This document shows, piece after piece, positions 29,521 to 40,377 of a stretch of DNA of 64,000 bases. The stretch's first letter is position 1, and the number at the start of each line of letters is the position of its first letter. Origin of the DNA: Rhodoferax sp. (GTDB lineage: Bacteria; Pseudomonadota; Gammaproteobacteria; Burkholderiales; Burkholderiaceae_C); NCBI RefSeq assembly GCF_031291305.1, contig NZ_JARLJH010000021.1, one strand, 5' to 3'. A program made the position numbers and the translations under genes. Below the pieces are notes generated by a model. It searched no databases. It saw only the letters and a list, made by a program, of their open reading frames with translations, and was not told where the DNA came from.

Positions 29521-29771
29521 GTGCCTAAACTCTGATTTGGTGTCGGGGGTGCCTGTTTCGGGCAGTCAAAAGCCTGGTTGCCTGGGTGTTGACGGCACTT
29601 CTGCCGCATCACACACCGATAGCCAGGCTTCAGACTGCAATTTGCCGGTCGAGTCTCCTGAACGTGGATCCATCCTGCCTCGTCCTGACCTATCGAAAAC
29701 CCAAAAAAGTCATCCCATCGGCGGCAGTTGCGGTCGCAACCCAACCCATAATCAGGCTAGGGGGTGGTTAG

Positions 29772-30752
29772 ATGCTATTGAAGTCTGCGGACAACAAATC
29801 AAAACGGGAAACGCTGCTGGAGGAACTGCAGCGCTCACAAATGCTGGATACACGGCAAAGAAAATGGCTGCGTGAAGAGTTGAGTCGCCTCAAAAAAGGC
29901 ATCCAAGGCGAACGCGACTCCGCTCATTACCTGGACAGCTATTTCAAGAACGGTGTCAATAGCGTTCTACTTCACGATCTGCGATTCGTCGTGAATGGCG
30001 AGGTGGCCCAGATAGACCACCTGATCATTAACCGATTTGTTGGGTTCTTCTTGCTGGAAACCAAGAACTACTCGGGCAGCTTGGTCATCAACGAGCAGGG
30101 TGAGTTCACCGTTGAGTACGATGACGGCAGATACGGCATCCCCTCCCCCATTGAACAAAGCTTGCGGCATGAACGCATTCTCAGCAGGTTGCTGGAGTCG
30201 CTGGACATCGTCGGACGCACCCAAAAGCAGCTGGAGTTTCACCATGTGGTGATGTTGCACCCCAAGGCCATCATCACCCGCCCCTCTACCAAGGCGTTTG
30301 ACACCAAGAACGTCATCAAGTCCGACCAGTTTCCGACCTGGCATCAACAATTCGTTGACAAGGCCGGAGTTGGTGCCGTGTTCAAGAACCTTCTCAATGT
30401 CCGTAGCCTAGAAACAATCAAAGAGTGGGGTGACAAACTGATTCGTCAACACCGCCCTGCTGATTTACTCACCTTGCCGGAATTCATGCAGCCCAAGCAG
30501 CCCGTCAAAGCCGCTGTTCCTGCCCCAATGCCTATTAAACAAGCAGCAGTACCCAGTATTCAACCCACCCAGCCAGTTCCAGCCATCGTCAGACCGGCGA
30601 GCACGGTGGCACACGCTGACGCACCCGCCAAGCGGCTGATATGCGCCCATTGCGGGGCCAAAATCAGCTTTCCCGAGGGCAAGTTTTGCTGGAACAACGT
30701 CAAGCGCTTTGGCGGTGTCGCCTATTGCCGGGATCATCAGGCATTGTTTTAG
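29772..30752 (+). CDS. NERD-domain nuclease-related protein with C-terminal Zn-binding domain
   Basis: KGIQGE, QIDHLII, LLETKNY, SPIEQ..RH; C-terminal CAHC...YCRDH. Confidence 0.85.
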   Translation: MLLKSADNKSKRETLLEELQRSQMLDTRQRKWLREELSRLKKGIQGERDSAHYLDSYFKNGVNSVLLHDLRFVVNGEVAQIDHLIINRFVGFFLLETKNYSGSLVINEQGEFTVEYDDGRYGIPSPIEQSLRHERILSRLLESLDIVGRTQKQLEFHHVVMLHPKAIITRPSTKAFDTKNVIKSDQFPTWHQQFVDKAGVGAVFKNLLNVRSLETIKEWGDKLIRQHRPADLLTLPEFMQPKQPVKAAVPAPMPIKQAAVPSIQPTQPVPAIVRPASTVAHADAPAKRLICAHCGAKISFPEGKFCWNNVKRFGGVAYCRDHQALF

Positions 30753-30873
30753 CTTGCCATTTGACATCCTACCCGGTACTGACGGCACGACCGCTGGTCG
30801 TCACTGTTCAATAATCAAGCCGCTCGTGATCGCCTGCTGAAGGCTGTCACCCACACGAATTTAAATTTCCAAC

Positions 30874-32634
30874 ATGGCCACCACCAACCCCAACCTCAGC
30901 TCCTTCATCTGGTCCGTCGCGGACCTTCTGCGCGGTGACTACAAACAATCCGAATACGGCAAAGTCATCCTGCCCTTCACCGTGCTGCGCCGCCTGGACT
31001 GCGTGCTGGAGCCCACCAAGGCCGATGTGCTGGCCGAGAAGGCCCTGCGTGAAAAAGCGGGCCTGAACCCCGAGCCCTTTTTGCTGCGCAAGTCCGGCCA
31101 GTTCTTCTACAACACCTCGCCGCTTGACCTCAAAAAGCTCATGGGCGACCAGGACCACATTGGCGAGAACCTGCGTGCCTACATGCAGGCCTTCAGCCCA
31201 GCGGTGCGTGACATTTTTGAGAGCTTTGAATTCCACACCCAGATTGACAAGCTGGCCAAGTCCGGCCTGCTCTACATGGTCACCGAGAAATTCGCCACCA
31301 TCGACCTGCACCCAGACGTGGTCAGCAATGCCGAAATGGGCGCGGTGTTTGAAGAGCTGATCCGCAAGTTTGCCGAACTCTCCAACGAAACCGCTGGCGA
31401 ACACTTCACCCCGCGTGAGGTGATCCGCCTGATGGTCAACCTGCTGTTCATTGAAGACGACCAGGCCCTGACCAAGCCCGGCGTGGTGCGCAGCCTGTAC
31501 GACCCCACAGCAGGCACCGGCGGCATGCTCAGCGTCGCCGGGGAACACCTGGCCAGCCTAAACCCCGACGCGCGCCTGGTCATGTACGGCCAGGAACTCA
31601 ACCCCGAGTCCTACGCCATCTGCAAGGCCGACATGCTGATCAAGGGCCAGGACATTGCCAACATCATCTTTGGCAACACCCTGTCTGCCGATGGCCTGCC
31701 GGGCAAGGTGTTTGACTACAGCCTGTCCAATCCGCCCTTTGGCGTGGAGTGGAAAAAGATTGAGGCGGTGATCCGCAAAGAAGCTGAACAACAAGGCTTC
31801 AACGGCCGTTTTGGCCCCGGCCTGCCACGCGTCAGCGACGGCTCGCTGCTGTTTTTGCTGCACCTGATCGCCAAGATGCGCCCGGCAGTTGATGGCGGCA
31901 GCCGCTTTGGCATTGTGCTGAACGGCTCACCGCTGTTCACAGGTGGTGCAGGCAGTGGCGAGAGTGAAATCCGCCGCTATGTGCTGGAGAGCGATCTGGT
32001 CGAAGCCATCATCGCCTTGCCGACGGACATGTTCTACAACACTGGCATCAGCACCTATGTGTGGATCGTCAGCAACCGCAAACCCGCAGCGCGCAAAGGC
32101 AAGGTGCAGCTGATTGACGCCAGCAGCTTCTGGCAGAAGATGCGCAAAAGTCTGGGCAGCAAGCGCAAAGAGCTCAGTCCCGAACACATCGAGGACATCA
32201 CCCGATTGTTTGGCGACTTCAAGGAGGTGAGCCGCCACGTGGACGGCAGCCCGGTGCCCATCAGCCGCATTTTTGCCAACGATGTCTTTGGTTACCACAC
32301 CATCACCGTGGAGCGGCCCGAGCGCGATGCTACTGGCAAGGTCGTGCTGGGCAGCAAAGGCAAGAGCAAAGACAAACCGATGGCCGATGCCAACCTGCGC
32401 GATACCGAAAACGTGCCGCTCAGCGACGACATTGCAGCCTATTTCAAGCGCGAAGTGCTGCCCCATGCGCCCGATGCCTGGATCGACACCGACAAGACCA
32501 AAGTGGGTTACGAGATACCGTTCAACCGCCACTTCTACGTCTTCAAACCGCCGCGCCCGCTGGCTGAGATTGATGCCGAGCTGAAAGGTGTGACTGACCG
32601 GATACTGACCATGATCAACGGGTTGACAGCATGA
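30874..32634 (+). CDS. hsdM: Type I R-M methyltransferase subunit
   Basis: [36 protein letters not shown]. Confidence 0.95.
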   Translation: MATTNPNLSSFIWSVADLLRGDYKQSEYGKVILPFTVLRRLDCVLEPTKADVLAEKALREKAGLNPEPFLLRKSGQFFYNTSPLDLKKLMGDQDHIGENLRAYMQAFSPAVRDIFESFEFHTQIDKLAKSGLLYMVTEKFATIDLHPDVVSNAEMGAVFEELIRKFAELSNETAGEHFTPREVIRLMVNLLFIEDDQALTKPGVVRSLYDPTAGTGGMLSVAGEHLASLNPDARLVMYGQELNPESYAICKADMLIKGQDIANIIFGNTLSADGLPGKVFDYSLSNPPFGVEWKKIEAVIRKEAEQQGFNGRFGPGLPRVSDGSLLFLLHLIAKMRPAVDGGSRFGIVLNGSPLFTGGAGSGESEIRRYVLESDLVEAIIALPTDMFYNTGISTYVWIVSNRKPAARKGKVQLIDASSFWQKMRKSLGSKRKELSPEHIEDITRLFGDFKEVSRHVDGSPVPISRIFANDVFGYHTITVERPERDATGKVVLGSKGKSKDKPMADANLRDTENVPLSDDIAAYFKREVLPHAPDAWIDTDKTKVGYEIPFNRHFYVFKPPRPLAEIDAELKGVTDRILTMINGLTA

Positions 32635-33944
32635 GCTTTCCGCGATACCCGGCCTACAAGGACAGTGGCGTGGCGTGGCTGGGTGACATTCCGGTGCATT
32701 GGGGCATTGGTCAAAGCCGCAGACTATTCGCCCTCCGCAACGAGCGCGCATTGAATTCGGACAAGCAACTTACTGCTTCCCAGGTGCATGGCGTCATCTA
32801 CCAAGATGACTTCATTCGGATGGAAGGGCGAAGGGTTGTCGAGGTTATTAAAGGCGCTGACATTCTTAAGCATGTAGAGCCAAATGATTTTGTGATCAGT
32901 ATGAGGAGCTTCCAGGGAGGAATTGAATGGTGCCAAGTTCGTGGCTGCATCAGTTCGGCCTATGTAATGCTTGCCCCGTGTGACCGTATTCACGCACCGT
33001 TCTTCCAATACCTGCTCAAAAGTCAAAGCTACATTCAAGCACTTCAAACAACGTCGAACTTGGTGCGAGATGGGCAGGCGCTTCGATACGACAACTTCAC
33101 TCAGGTTGATTTACCCCTCGTCCCTCTCCCCGAACAAACCCAAATCGCTGCCTTCCTGGACCGCGAAACCGCAAAGATTGATGCGCTGGTGGCAGAGCAG
33201 CGGCGGCTGATGGCGTTGCTGAAAGAAAAGCGCCAGGCCGTCATCTCCCACGCCGTCACCCGGGGCCTGAACCCCCATGCCCCCATGAAGCCGTCCGGCA
33301 TCGAATGGCTGGGGGATGTGCCGGAGCATTGGGTGCAGTCGCGTATCAAGTACAGCCTTCGCGGCCTAATTGACACGGAGCATAAGACGGCACCGTTTTT
33401 CGATGACGGGGAATATTTGGTCGTACGAACTACAAACATCAAAGACGGAAAGTTGATTCTTGAGGGTGGCAAATACACAAATTTCGACGGCTATGAGGAG
33501 TGGACACGCAGAGGCAAGCCTGTGCCGGGTGACATTATGTTTACGAGAGAGGCCCCAGCTGGCGAGGCATGTTTAGTACCCGAGGATGTGCAACTCTGTA
33601 TGGGGCAACGCACCGTCTTGATGCAAATTGACCATGACGCCCTCGATTCACTCTTTGCCTTGTGGTCGCTCTATGGTGGGCTGGCTTCGGAATTCATCAC
33701 GATTCTGTCGCAAGGCTCAACCGTCACTCACTTCAACATGAGCGACATCAGTAACATCCCGATCATGTTGCCGTCAGTTGACGAACAGAGGGAAATAGCT
33801 GGATTTCTTGAGTCCGAACTTGCCAAATTCGACACCCTCACCACCGAAGCACAACGCGCCATCGACCTGCTGCAAGAGCGCCGCACCGCGCTGATCTCCG
33901 CCGCCGTCACCGGCCAGATTGACGTGCGGGGTGCAGTGAAATAA
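32631..33944 (+). CDS. hsdS: Type I R-M specificity subunit
   Basis: Two TRDs bracketed by repeated G-x-x-WLG-x-x-P-x-HW and P-x-x-EQ segments; LKEKRQAVI and LQERRTALI helices. Confidence 0.95.
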   Translation: MSFPRYPAYKDSGVAWLGDIPVHWGIGQSRRLFALRNERALNSDKQLTASQVHGVIYQDDFIRMEGRRVVEVIKGADILKHVEPNDFVISMRSFQGGIEWCQVRGCISSAYVMLAPCDRIHAPFFQYLLKSQSYIQALQTTSNLVRDGQALRYDNFTQVDLPLVPLPEQTQIAAFLDRETAKIDALVAEQRRLMALLKEKRQAVISHAVTRGLNPHAPMKPSGIEWLGDVPEHWVQSRIKYSLRGLIDTEHKTAPFFDDGEYLVVRTTNIKDGKLILEGGKYTNFDGYEEWTRRGKPVPGDIMFTREAPAGEACLVPEDVQLCMGQRTVLMQIDHDALDSLFALWSLYGGLASEFITILSQGSTVTHFNMSDISNIPIMLPSVDEQREIAGFLESELAKFDTLTTEAQRAIDLLQERRTALISAAVTGQIDVRGAVK

Positions 33945-34077
33945 CTATGTTTTCAATAGCTACTAGCCCAGCTTCTATATTGGCTAGAGGCTTATTTTCC
34001 ATATAAACACCGGCGAACGATCTCGGCCAGCCAATGCGCCCCTCGCACAAAATATACCTTTTCAGGTAACATTCACC

Positions 34078-34435
34078 ATGCCCAGCAAGGACAAACCGCT
34101 CGCCTGGATCGGCAGCAGCAAAAAAGACCTGCTGGCCTTGCCGCTGGAGGTGCGCAAGTTCTTTGGACATGCGCTGGACTTTGCCCAGCGCGGTGACAAA
34201 CACGATGCAGCCAAGGTTCTCAAGGGCTTTGGTGGCGCGGGTGTGCTGGAGCTGGTGGAAGACGATCAGGATGGCACCTACCGGGCGTTGTACACCGCCC
34301 AAGTTTGCCCAGGCGGTGTTTGTGCTGCATTGCTTCAGCAAGAAGAGCAAGCGCGGCATCGAGACACCCAAAGAAGATATGGACATCATTCGCGCACGGC
34401 TCAAGGTGGCCGAGGCGCTGGCCAAGGAGTTATGA
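34078..34435 (+). pseudogene. RelE/HigB (Gp49-like) toxin with +1 frameshift
   Basis: KPLAWIGSSKKDL...TYRALYTA then an extra C at 34297-34300; continues KFAQAVFVLHCFSKKS in the next frame. Confidence 0.8.
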
Positions 34436-34436
34436 C

Positions 34437-34784
34437 ATGAGCAAGAAAACCGCAGTGCGCACCATCGACGGCATCGAGATTGACATGGGGTCCGGCAATG
34501 TGTTTGCCGACCTGGGCCTGCCCGATGCCGACAAACTCAAGATCAAATCCGGCCTGGTCATCGAAATCACCAAGGCCATGCGCAAGCTAGGCCTGACCCA
34601 AAAAGCCGCCGCCGAGCGCATGGGCATCCCCCAGCCCAAGGTCTCAGCCATGATGCGTGGCGACTTCACCAATCTGTCCGAACGCAAGCTGATGGACTGC
34701 CTGAACCGGCTGGGCTACGACATTGAGATCAAGATCAGGCCAGCCGCTGAGTCTGTGGGGCATTTGATGCTGGCGTTTGCCTGA
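34437..34784 (+). CDS. HigA-like HTH antitoxin
   Basis: GSGNVFADLGL, LTQKAAAERMGIPQPKVS HTH, LGYDIEI. Confidence 0.9.
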   Translation: MSKKTAVRTIDGIEIDMGSGNVFADLGLPDADKLKIKSGLVIEITKAMRKLGLTQKAAAERMGIPQPKVSAMMRGDFTNLSERKLMDCLNRLGYDIEIKIRPAAESVGHLMLAFA

Positions 34785-34845
34785 GTCCAACGCACTGAAC
34801 ATAGTCGCCGTCACCGGCCATAGCAAGTCATCAAGGGAGTGGTCA

Positions 34846-37800
34846 GTGAGCCTGCACAAAGAAATCAGCTTCGAGTCCGAAATATGCCAACACTTGGCCA
34901 CCCACGGCTGGCTGTACTCGGAGGGTGATGCCGCAGGCTATGACCGCGCCCGCGCCCTGTTCCCCGCCGACGTGCTGGCCTGGGTGCAAGCCACGCAGCC
35001 TAAAGCTTGGGACACGCTGGTCAAAAACCATGGCAGCAAGGCTGAAGAAACTTTGCTCACCCGCCTGCGTGACCAGTTGGACCAGCGCGGCACGCTGGAT
35101 GTGCTGCGCCATGGCGTTGAACTGCTGGGCCTCAAAGCGCCGTTGACCTTGGCGCAGTTCAAACCGGCGCTGGCGATTAACCCCGACATCCTGGCCCGGT
35201 ATGCGGCCAACCGCCTGCGGGTGGTGCGCCAGGTGCACTATTCCCTGCATTGTGAGAACAGCATCGACCTGGTGTTGTTCCTGAACGGTCTGCCGGTGGC
35301 CACGGTTGAACTCAAAACTGACTTCACCCAGAGCCTGGGTGACGCCATTGACCAATACCGTTTTGACCGCCACCCCAAGCCCAAAGGTCAAGCCGCTGAA
35401 CCCTTGCTGTCTTTCCCCAGCGGGGCCTTGATCCACTTCGCCGTCAGCAACAAGGAAGTGGCCATGGTGACCAAGCTGGCAGGTGCAGCCACGGTGTTCC
35501 TGCCCTTCAACCTGGGTGACGATGGTGCCGCCGGTAACCCGGTGAACCCTGCTGGCGGCCACCGGACCGCCTACCTGTGGGAACAGGTCTGGGCACGCGA
35601 GAGTTGGCTGGAGATTCTGGGGCGCTACCTGATCGCCCGGCGCGACAAGAAAAAGCAGATTGAGGCTGTCATCTTTCCGCGTTACCACCAGCTCGACGTC
35701 ACCCGCAAACTGCAGTTTGCCGTGCTGGCGGACGGGCCGGGCAGCAAATACCTGATTCAACATTCAGCCGGTTCCGGCAAAACCAATTCGATTGCCTGGA
35801 CAGCGCACTTTTTGGCCGAGCTGCATGACGCCCACCACCAGAAGGTGTTTGACACCGTGCTGGTGGTGTCGGACCGCAATGTGATCGACGCCCAATTGCA
35901 GGAAGCCCTGTTTGACTTCCAGCGCACCACAGGTGTGGTGGCCACCATCACGAGTCAGGATGGCAGCAAAAGCGGCAAGCTGGCCGAAGCCCTGTCGGGT
36001 GACAAGAAAATTGTGGTCTGCACCATCCAGACCTTCCCCTTCGCGCTGGAAGCCGTGCGCAAGCTGGCTGCCACCCAAGGCAAGCGCTTTGCCGTGATCG
36101 CCGACGAAGCGCACAGCTCACAGACCGGCGAAGCCGCCAGCAAACTCAAGGCCGTGTTGTCCCCAGAAGAACTGCAGGAGATCAACGACGGTGGTGAGAT
36201 CAGCAGCGAGGACATCCTGGCCGCGCAAATGGCCAGCCGGGCCGATGACGGCGGCATCACCTTTGTGGCCTTCACCGCCACGCCCAAGAACAAGACGCTG
36301 GAACTGTTTGGCACCCGGCCAGACTCCAGCCGCAAACCCGCGCCGGACAACGTGCCCCAGCCGTTTCACGTCTATTCGATGCGCCAGGCCATTGAGGAAG
36401 GCTTCATCCTGGATGTGTTGCAGAACTACACCCCCTACAGTCTGGCGTTCAAGCTGGCCCACAACGGCCAGGAAATGAATGAGAAAGAGGTGGAACGCAA
36501 CGCCGCCATGAAAGGCATCATGGGCTGGGTGCGGCTGCACCCGTACAACATTGCCCAGAAGGTGCAGGTGGTGGTGGAGCACTTTCGCGAGTTTGTGGCA
36601 CCGCTGCTCAACGGCAAGGCCAAAGCCATGGTCGTGGTGGGCAGCCGATTGGAAGCCGTGCGCTGGCAACTGGCGGTTGAGAAGTACGTCAAGGACAACG
36701 GCTACACCGTGGGCACGCTGGTGGCGTTCTCCGGTGAGGTCAACGACCCAAGCTCTGGTGAAGAACCCTTCACTGAAAACAGCAAGGTGCTGAATCCCAA
36801 CCTCAAAGGCCGCGACATCCGCGAGGCCTTCAAGGGCGATGAGTACCAAATCCTGCTGGTGGCCAACAAGTTTCAGACCGGGTTTGACCAACCGCTGCTG
36901 TGCGGCATGTACGTGGACAAGCGCCTGGCAGGCATCCAGGCGGTGCAGACCCTGAGCCGCCTGAACCGCGCTTATCCGGCCAAGGACACCACTTATGTGC
37001 TGGACTTTGTCAACGACCCTGCCGAGGTACTGGCCTCGTTCAAGGCGTACCACACCACGGCTGAACTCAGCGCCACCACCGACCCGAACCTGGTTTACAA
37101 CCTACGTGCCAAGCTGGATGCTGCTGGCCACTATGACGACTTTGAAGTAGACCGGGTGGTCGAGGCCGAGCTAAACCCGAACGCCAAGCAGAGTGATCTG
37201 ATCAAGGCGCTTGAGCCGGTGCAAGACCGCTTGATGAAGCGCTACAAGGCCGCACAGGTGGCGCTGGCAGAGGCCAAGATCAAGTCAGATGCAACCGCAA
37301 CCACGGCAGCCCAGGACGAACTGGACGCGCTGGTGCTGTTCAAGGGTGACATGGGAGCCTATATCCGGCTGTACACCTTTCTGTCGCAAATCTTTGACTA
37401 CGGCAACACAGGCATCGAAAAGCGCGCCATGTTTTACAAGCGCCTGCTGCCCCTGCTGGAGTTTGGCCGCGAACGCGAAGGTATCGACCTGTCCAAGGTG
37501 GTGCTGACCCACCACCACCTGAAAGACCAGGGGGCACGCACCCTGCCACTAGGACCAGGTGAGACACCCAAGCTGGCGCCCATCACTGAGGCGGGCAGCG
37601 GCAGCGTGCAAGAACAGCAAAAGGTGTACATGGCTGAGCTGATCAATAAGCTCAATGACCTGTTTGGCAATGACACCAGCGAGCAGGATCAGCTGCGCTA
37701 CGTCAACGGCACGATCCTGGGCAAAGTCAGCGAATCCAAAACGCTGCAGCAGCAAGCCGCCAACAACACCAAAGAACAGTTTGCCAACTCACCCGACCTA

Positions 37801-37977
37801 CAGACCGAGTTGCAAAACGCCATAATCGAGTCGTATGACGCGCACTCAGTCATGAGCACCCAGGCGCTGAATTCACCCATTGTGTTGCGTGGCATTCTGG
37901 ACGTGCTTTTGAATCACTCGGGGTTGTATGAGGCGCTGCGGGGAAGGGCCGGGGCGGGAACGCAAACAGCTGCGTGA
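34846..37977 (+). CDS. hsdR: Type I R-M restriction subunit
   Basis: IDLVLF...VELK...AIDQY nuclease motif, QHSAGSGKT, IADEAH, FTATP, KFQTGFD; GTG start with AAGGGAG RBS. Confidence 0.95.
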   Translation: MSLHKEISFESEICQHLATHGWLYSEGDAAGYDRARALFPADVLAWVQATQPKAWDTLVKNHGSKAEETLLTRLRDQLDQRGTLDVLRHGVELLGLKAPLTLAQFKPALAINPDILARYAANRLRVVRQVHYSLHCENSIDLVLFLNGLPVATVELKTDFTQSLGDAIDQYRFDRHPKPKGQAAEPLLSFPSGALIHFAVSNKEVAMVTKLAGAATVFLPFNLGDDGAAGNPVNPAGGHRTAYLWEQVWARESWLEILGRYLIARRDKKKQIEAVIFPRYHQLDVTRKLQFAVLADGPGSKYLIQHSAGSGKTNSIAWTAHFLAELHDAHHQKVFDTVLVVSDRNVIDAQLQEALFDFQRTTGVVATITSQDGSKSGKLAEALSGDKKIVVCTIQTFPFALEAVRKLAATQGKRFAVIADEAHSSQTGEAASKLKAVLSPEELQEINDGGEISSEDILAAQMASRADDGGITFVAFTATPKNKTLELFGTRPDSSRKPAPDNVPQPFHVYSMRQAIEEGFILDVLQNYTPYSLAFKLAHNGQEMNEKEVERNAAMKGIMGWVRLHPYNIAQKVQVVVEHFREFVAPLLNGKAKAMVVVGSRLEAVRWQLAVEKYVKDNGYTVGTLVAFSGEVNDPSSGEEPFTENSKVLNPNLKGRDIREAFKGDEYQILLVANKFQTGFDQPLLCGMYVDKRLAGIQAVQTLSRLNRAYPAKDTTYVLDFVNDPAEVLASFKAYHTTAELSATTDPNLVYNLRAKLDAAGHYDDFEVDRVVEAELNPNAKQSDLIKALEPVQDRLMKRYKAAQVALAEAKIKSDATATTAAQDELDALVLFKGDMGAYIRLYTFLSQIFDYGNTGIEKRAMFYKRLLPLLEFGREREGIDLSKVVLTHHHLKDQGARTLPLGPGETPKLAPITEAGSGSVQEQQKVYMAELINKLNDLFGNDTSEQDQLRYVNGTILGKVSESKTLQQQAANNTKEQFANSPDLQTELQNAIIESYDAHSVMSTQALNSPIVLRGILDVLLNHSGLYEALRGRAGAGTQTAA

Positions 37978-38067
37978 AGAGATTGCACCCCCAAAGTCCA
38001 GAAAAGTCTTGAACCCGTACCTTGGCACTTTTTGGCCTTGTCCAGCAGCTTGAGCATGGCGTAAAGA

Positions 38068-38427
38068 CTACTTCTTCGATGCAAGCATCGCCTTCAAATC
38101 GGCGAATGGATTGAAGGTGGTGGTCGGTATGACGTTACCGCCATCGCTGCGTCCCTCCATGTCTTTGAGCTTGGAATGTTCGTTTTCATGGCAGTAAGTG
38201 CAGAGCAGTTCCCAATTGCTGCCATCAGGTGGGTTGTCGTGGTGGTTATTGTTCTTGTGATGCACTTCCAGCAATTGCAGATTGGCATGATCGAACGTGC
38301 GCGCACAGCGTCCGCAGACCCAGGGAAACAGCTTCAAAGCTTGCGCCCGGTAGCCCTGTTCCCTTTTTTCAGCGCTGCGTCGGGCCTCAAGGACAAGACG
38401 ATCAAGACGTTCATTGGTTTGTGCCAT
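38068..38427 (-). CDS. YajD-like HNH endonuclease
   Basis: YR..ALK..PWVCGRC...VHH...HHDNPPDGSNWELLCTYCHENEH. Confidence 0.85.
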   Translation of the reverse strand: MAQTNERLDRLVLEARRSAEKREQGYRAQALKLFPWVCGRCARTFDHANLQLLEVHHKNNNHHDNPPDGSNWELLCTYCHENEHSKLKDMEGRSDGGNVIPTTTFNPFADLKAMLASKK

Positions 38428-38513
38428 CCCAAGCCACTGCCTTTTAGTTGAGGGAACACTGCTTAGGTTACGACTAAATCCGACTGCGTGGATGGCGATG
38501 GGTCCTTGATCGA

Positions 38514-38735
38514 TTGAACTCACATCGTGCGCACAGGGTCGAAGCGGTGTGGACGCACGGCAAAGGGACCCTCAAAGTACTGACGCCTGATGGTACCGTG
38601 CTGGCCCGTGTGGACGCGGCCGACGACGCTGATGTGGCCGTACACCCGGTCGTGGTCAACGCCTGCCACGCGCTGCAATCGGGCGATGCCTCACGGATCG
38701 GACAATTGTTCGGTCAGATACTCAAGGCAGCCTGA
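38514..38735 (+). CDS. Small hypothetical protein
   Basis: 73 aa ORF; start uncertain. Confidence 0.4.
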   Translation: MNSHRAHRVEAVWTHGKGTLKVLTPDGTVLARVDAADDADVAVHPVVVNACHALQSGDASRIGQLFGQILKAA

Positions 38736-38845
38736 CACCCTGCCTGGCGCAAACCTGTTGCGCCTCGTGGAGCCTGCCCTGCCCTTCGGGACGGGGCCGG
38801 TTCATTTGTTGTCAAAAAGAGGGGGCAATTGGCGGACCCCCATCG

Positions 38846-39061
38846 CTAGGCAACCCGACGGCACTGGCGATATTCCCGGTCAATCAACCAGTGGATGAAC
38901 TCCGTTTGTTCGGAAACGCCCCAGTAATGCGCTTTGCACCGTGCGACATAGGCCTCCAGGTCGCCCAGCGTGCGAATGTCCACCGGTTCGATGTCGGTGA
39001 TCTTGGTAAACACTTCCATTTCCTTGCGGGTCAGGCGAATCTGGTCGTTGAGTCGAATCAT
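38846..39061 (-). CDS. Small hypothetical protein
   Basis: MIRLNDQIRLT...HYWG...WLID; protein-like composition. Confidence 0.55.
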   Translation of the reverse strand: MIRLNDQIRLTRKEMEVFTKITDIEPVDIRTLGDLEAYVARCKAHYWGVSEQTEFIHWLIDREYRQCRRVA

Positions 39062-39394
39062 GGTCATACCCCTGCAAATGGGTTTGCCGGTATCTTGTCC
39101 GAATTTGACCCGCATGTCGCTGGTTTTCTGTGGTGCGCCTCAAAGATATTTCCAGCATGACGCCAGTCGCAGGCCAATGTCACCTCACTGTGAATGCCAA
39201 CCCTTCTGGAACACCATGTCGCGCCCCTGCAACAAGTTCGACATAAAACAGCCGACCCACGACACACGCCACCGAAATCACCCGAACTTTGCTGACATTT
39301 ACGGGTGGTCTCGTGGCGCCCCCACTTGAACACCACCCATCACCGCGCCAGACTATGCGGGTGATCCCTGTGCATTTCCTCGTGGAATGCCCAT

Positions 39395-39429
39395 CCGGCC
39401 TTGGGCCGGCGTCGCAGTCGACACCTGCC
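39395..39429 (+). ncRNA. Structured non-coding motif, copy 4 (upstream of radC)
   Basis: Hairpin CCGGCC/GGCCGG then GGCGTCGCAGTCGACACCTGCC (39408-39429, 20/22; both changes in the loop). Confidence 0.6.
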
Positions 39430-39527
39430 TTTTCAAGCGCGCATGCCCTGGCCTGCGCATCCCGAGCGGGAGCCTGAATCCCCTCGGGATCGGCGTTTCC
39501 GCTTTTCTGTTTATAGAGGAGAACGCC

Positions 39528-40109
39528 TTGAGTCCATCTTTTCTGTCCCGCGCCGATCTGGTGCGCGAGTTGCTCGCGCCGCCGGTCCGCAATTTTCTTG
39601 AAATAGCCCCCGGTGTCGGTGACACCGAAGCGGCCTACCACGGCGACGCTGCCAACGATTCGGTGCTGACCCACAAACTCGGGGTGGCCCGCGAATTGCT
39701 GTTGCGTGACTTGCAAGCGCAGATGTGTACCGGCCCGGTCATGCACTCGCCGCAAGCGCTGCGCGATTGGCTGCGCCTGCACTGCGCCAACCTGGAGCAT
39801 GAGGTGTTTCTGGTGCTGTACCTGACCGCGCAACACCAGTTGATCGAAGCGGTGGAGATGTTTCAGGGCACCCTGACCCAAACCAGCGTTTATCCGCGGG
39901 AACTGGTCAAAGGTGCAATTGCCCGCAACGCCTGCGCTGTCGTCATTGCGCACAACCACCCAAGCGGACACGCCGAACCCAGTCGTGCCGATGAGGTCCT
40001 GACGCAAACGCTGAAGACAGCACTGAGCCTGGTGGACGTGCGTGTGCTCGACCATTTGATCGTGGCGGGCGACAGCGTGCTTTCTTTTGCGGAACGTGGC
40101 CTGATCTGA
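39528..40109 (+). CDS. radC: RadC-family JAB-domain protein
   Basis: EHEVF, GTLTQTSVYPRE, HNHPSG..PS..D, LDHLIV; TTG start after GAGGAG. Confidence 0.9.
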   Translation: MSPSFLSRADLVRELLAPPVRNFLEIAPGVGDTEAAYHGDAANDSVLTHKLGVARELLLRDLQAQMCTGPVMHSPQALRDWLRLHCANLEHEVFLVLYLTAQHQLIEAVEMFQGTLTQTSVYPRELVKGAIARNACAVVIAHNHPSGHAEPSRADEVLTQTLKTALSLVDVRVLDHLIVAGDSVLSFAERGLI

Positions 40110-40377
40110 CACCTTGGCCTGCGTTTCCCGCAAAAAGACACTACCCCGAGGGGCTTGCTGCCCCAAAAGGGCCTGGCGAGTCCTTCTATTTTTTGAAGGA
40201 CAAAGAGGCCTGCATCCACATCCCCCCGTTGTCCCCTGTGTCCGGGCTTTGGGGGGTGCTTGGCCAACTTGGCCAACTGCGCTGGTTTCGCTGCCGGGCC
40301 TGCGGCATGGACTTCAACCGTCCATCCCGTGCCCGCCGGGCCGCGATCCAATCAACCCAACCCCAAGGAGTCCCCCA

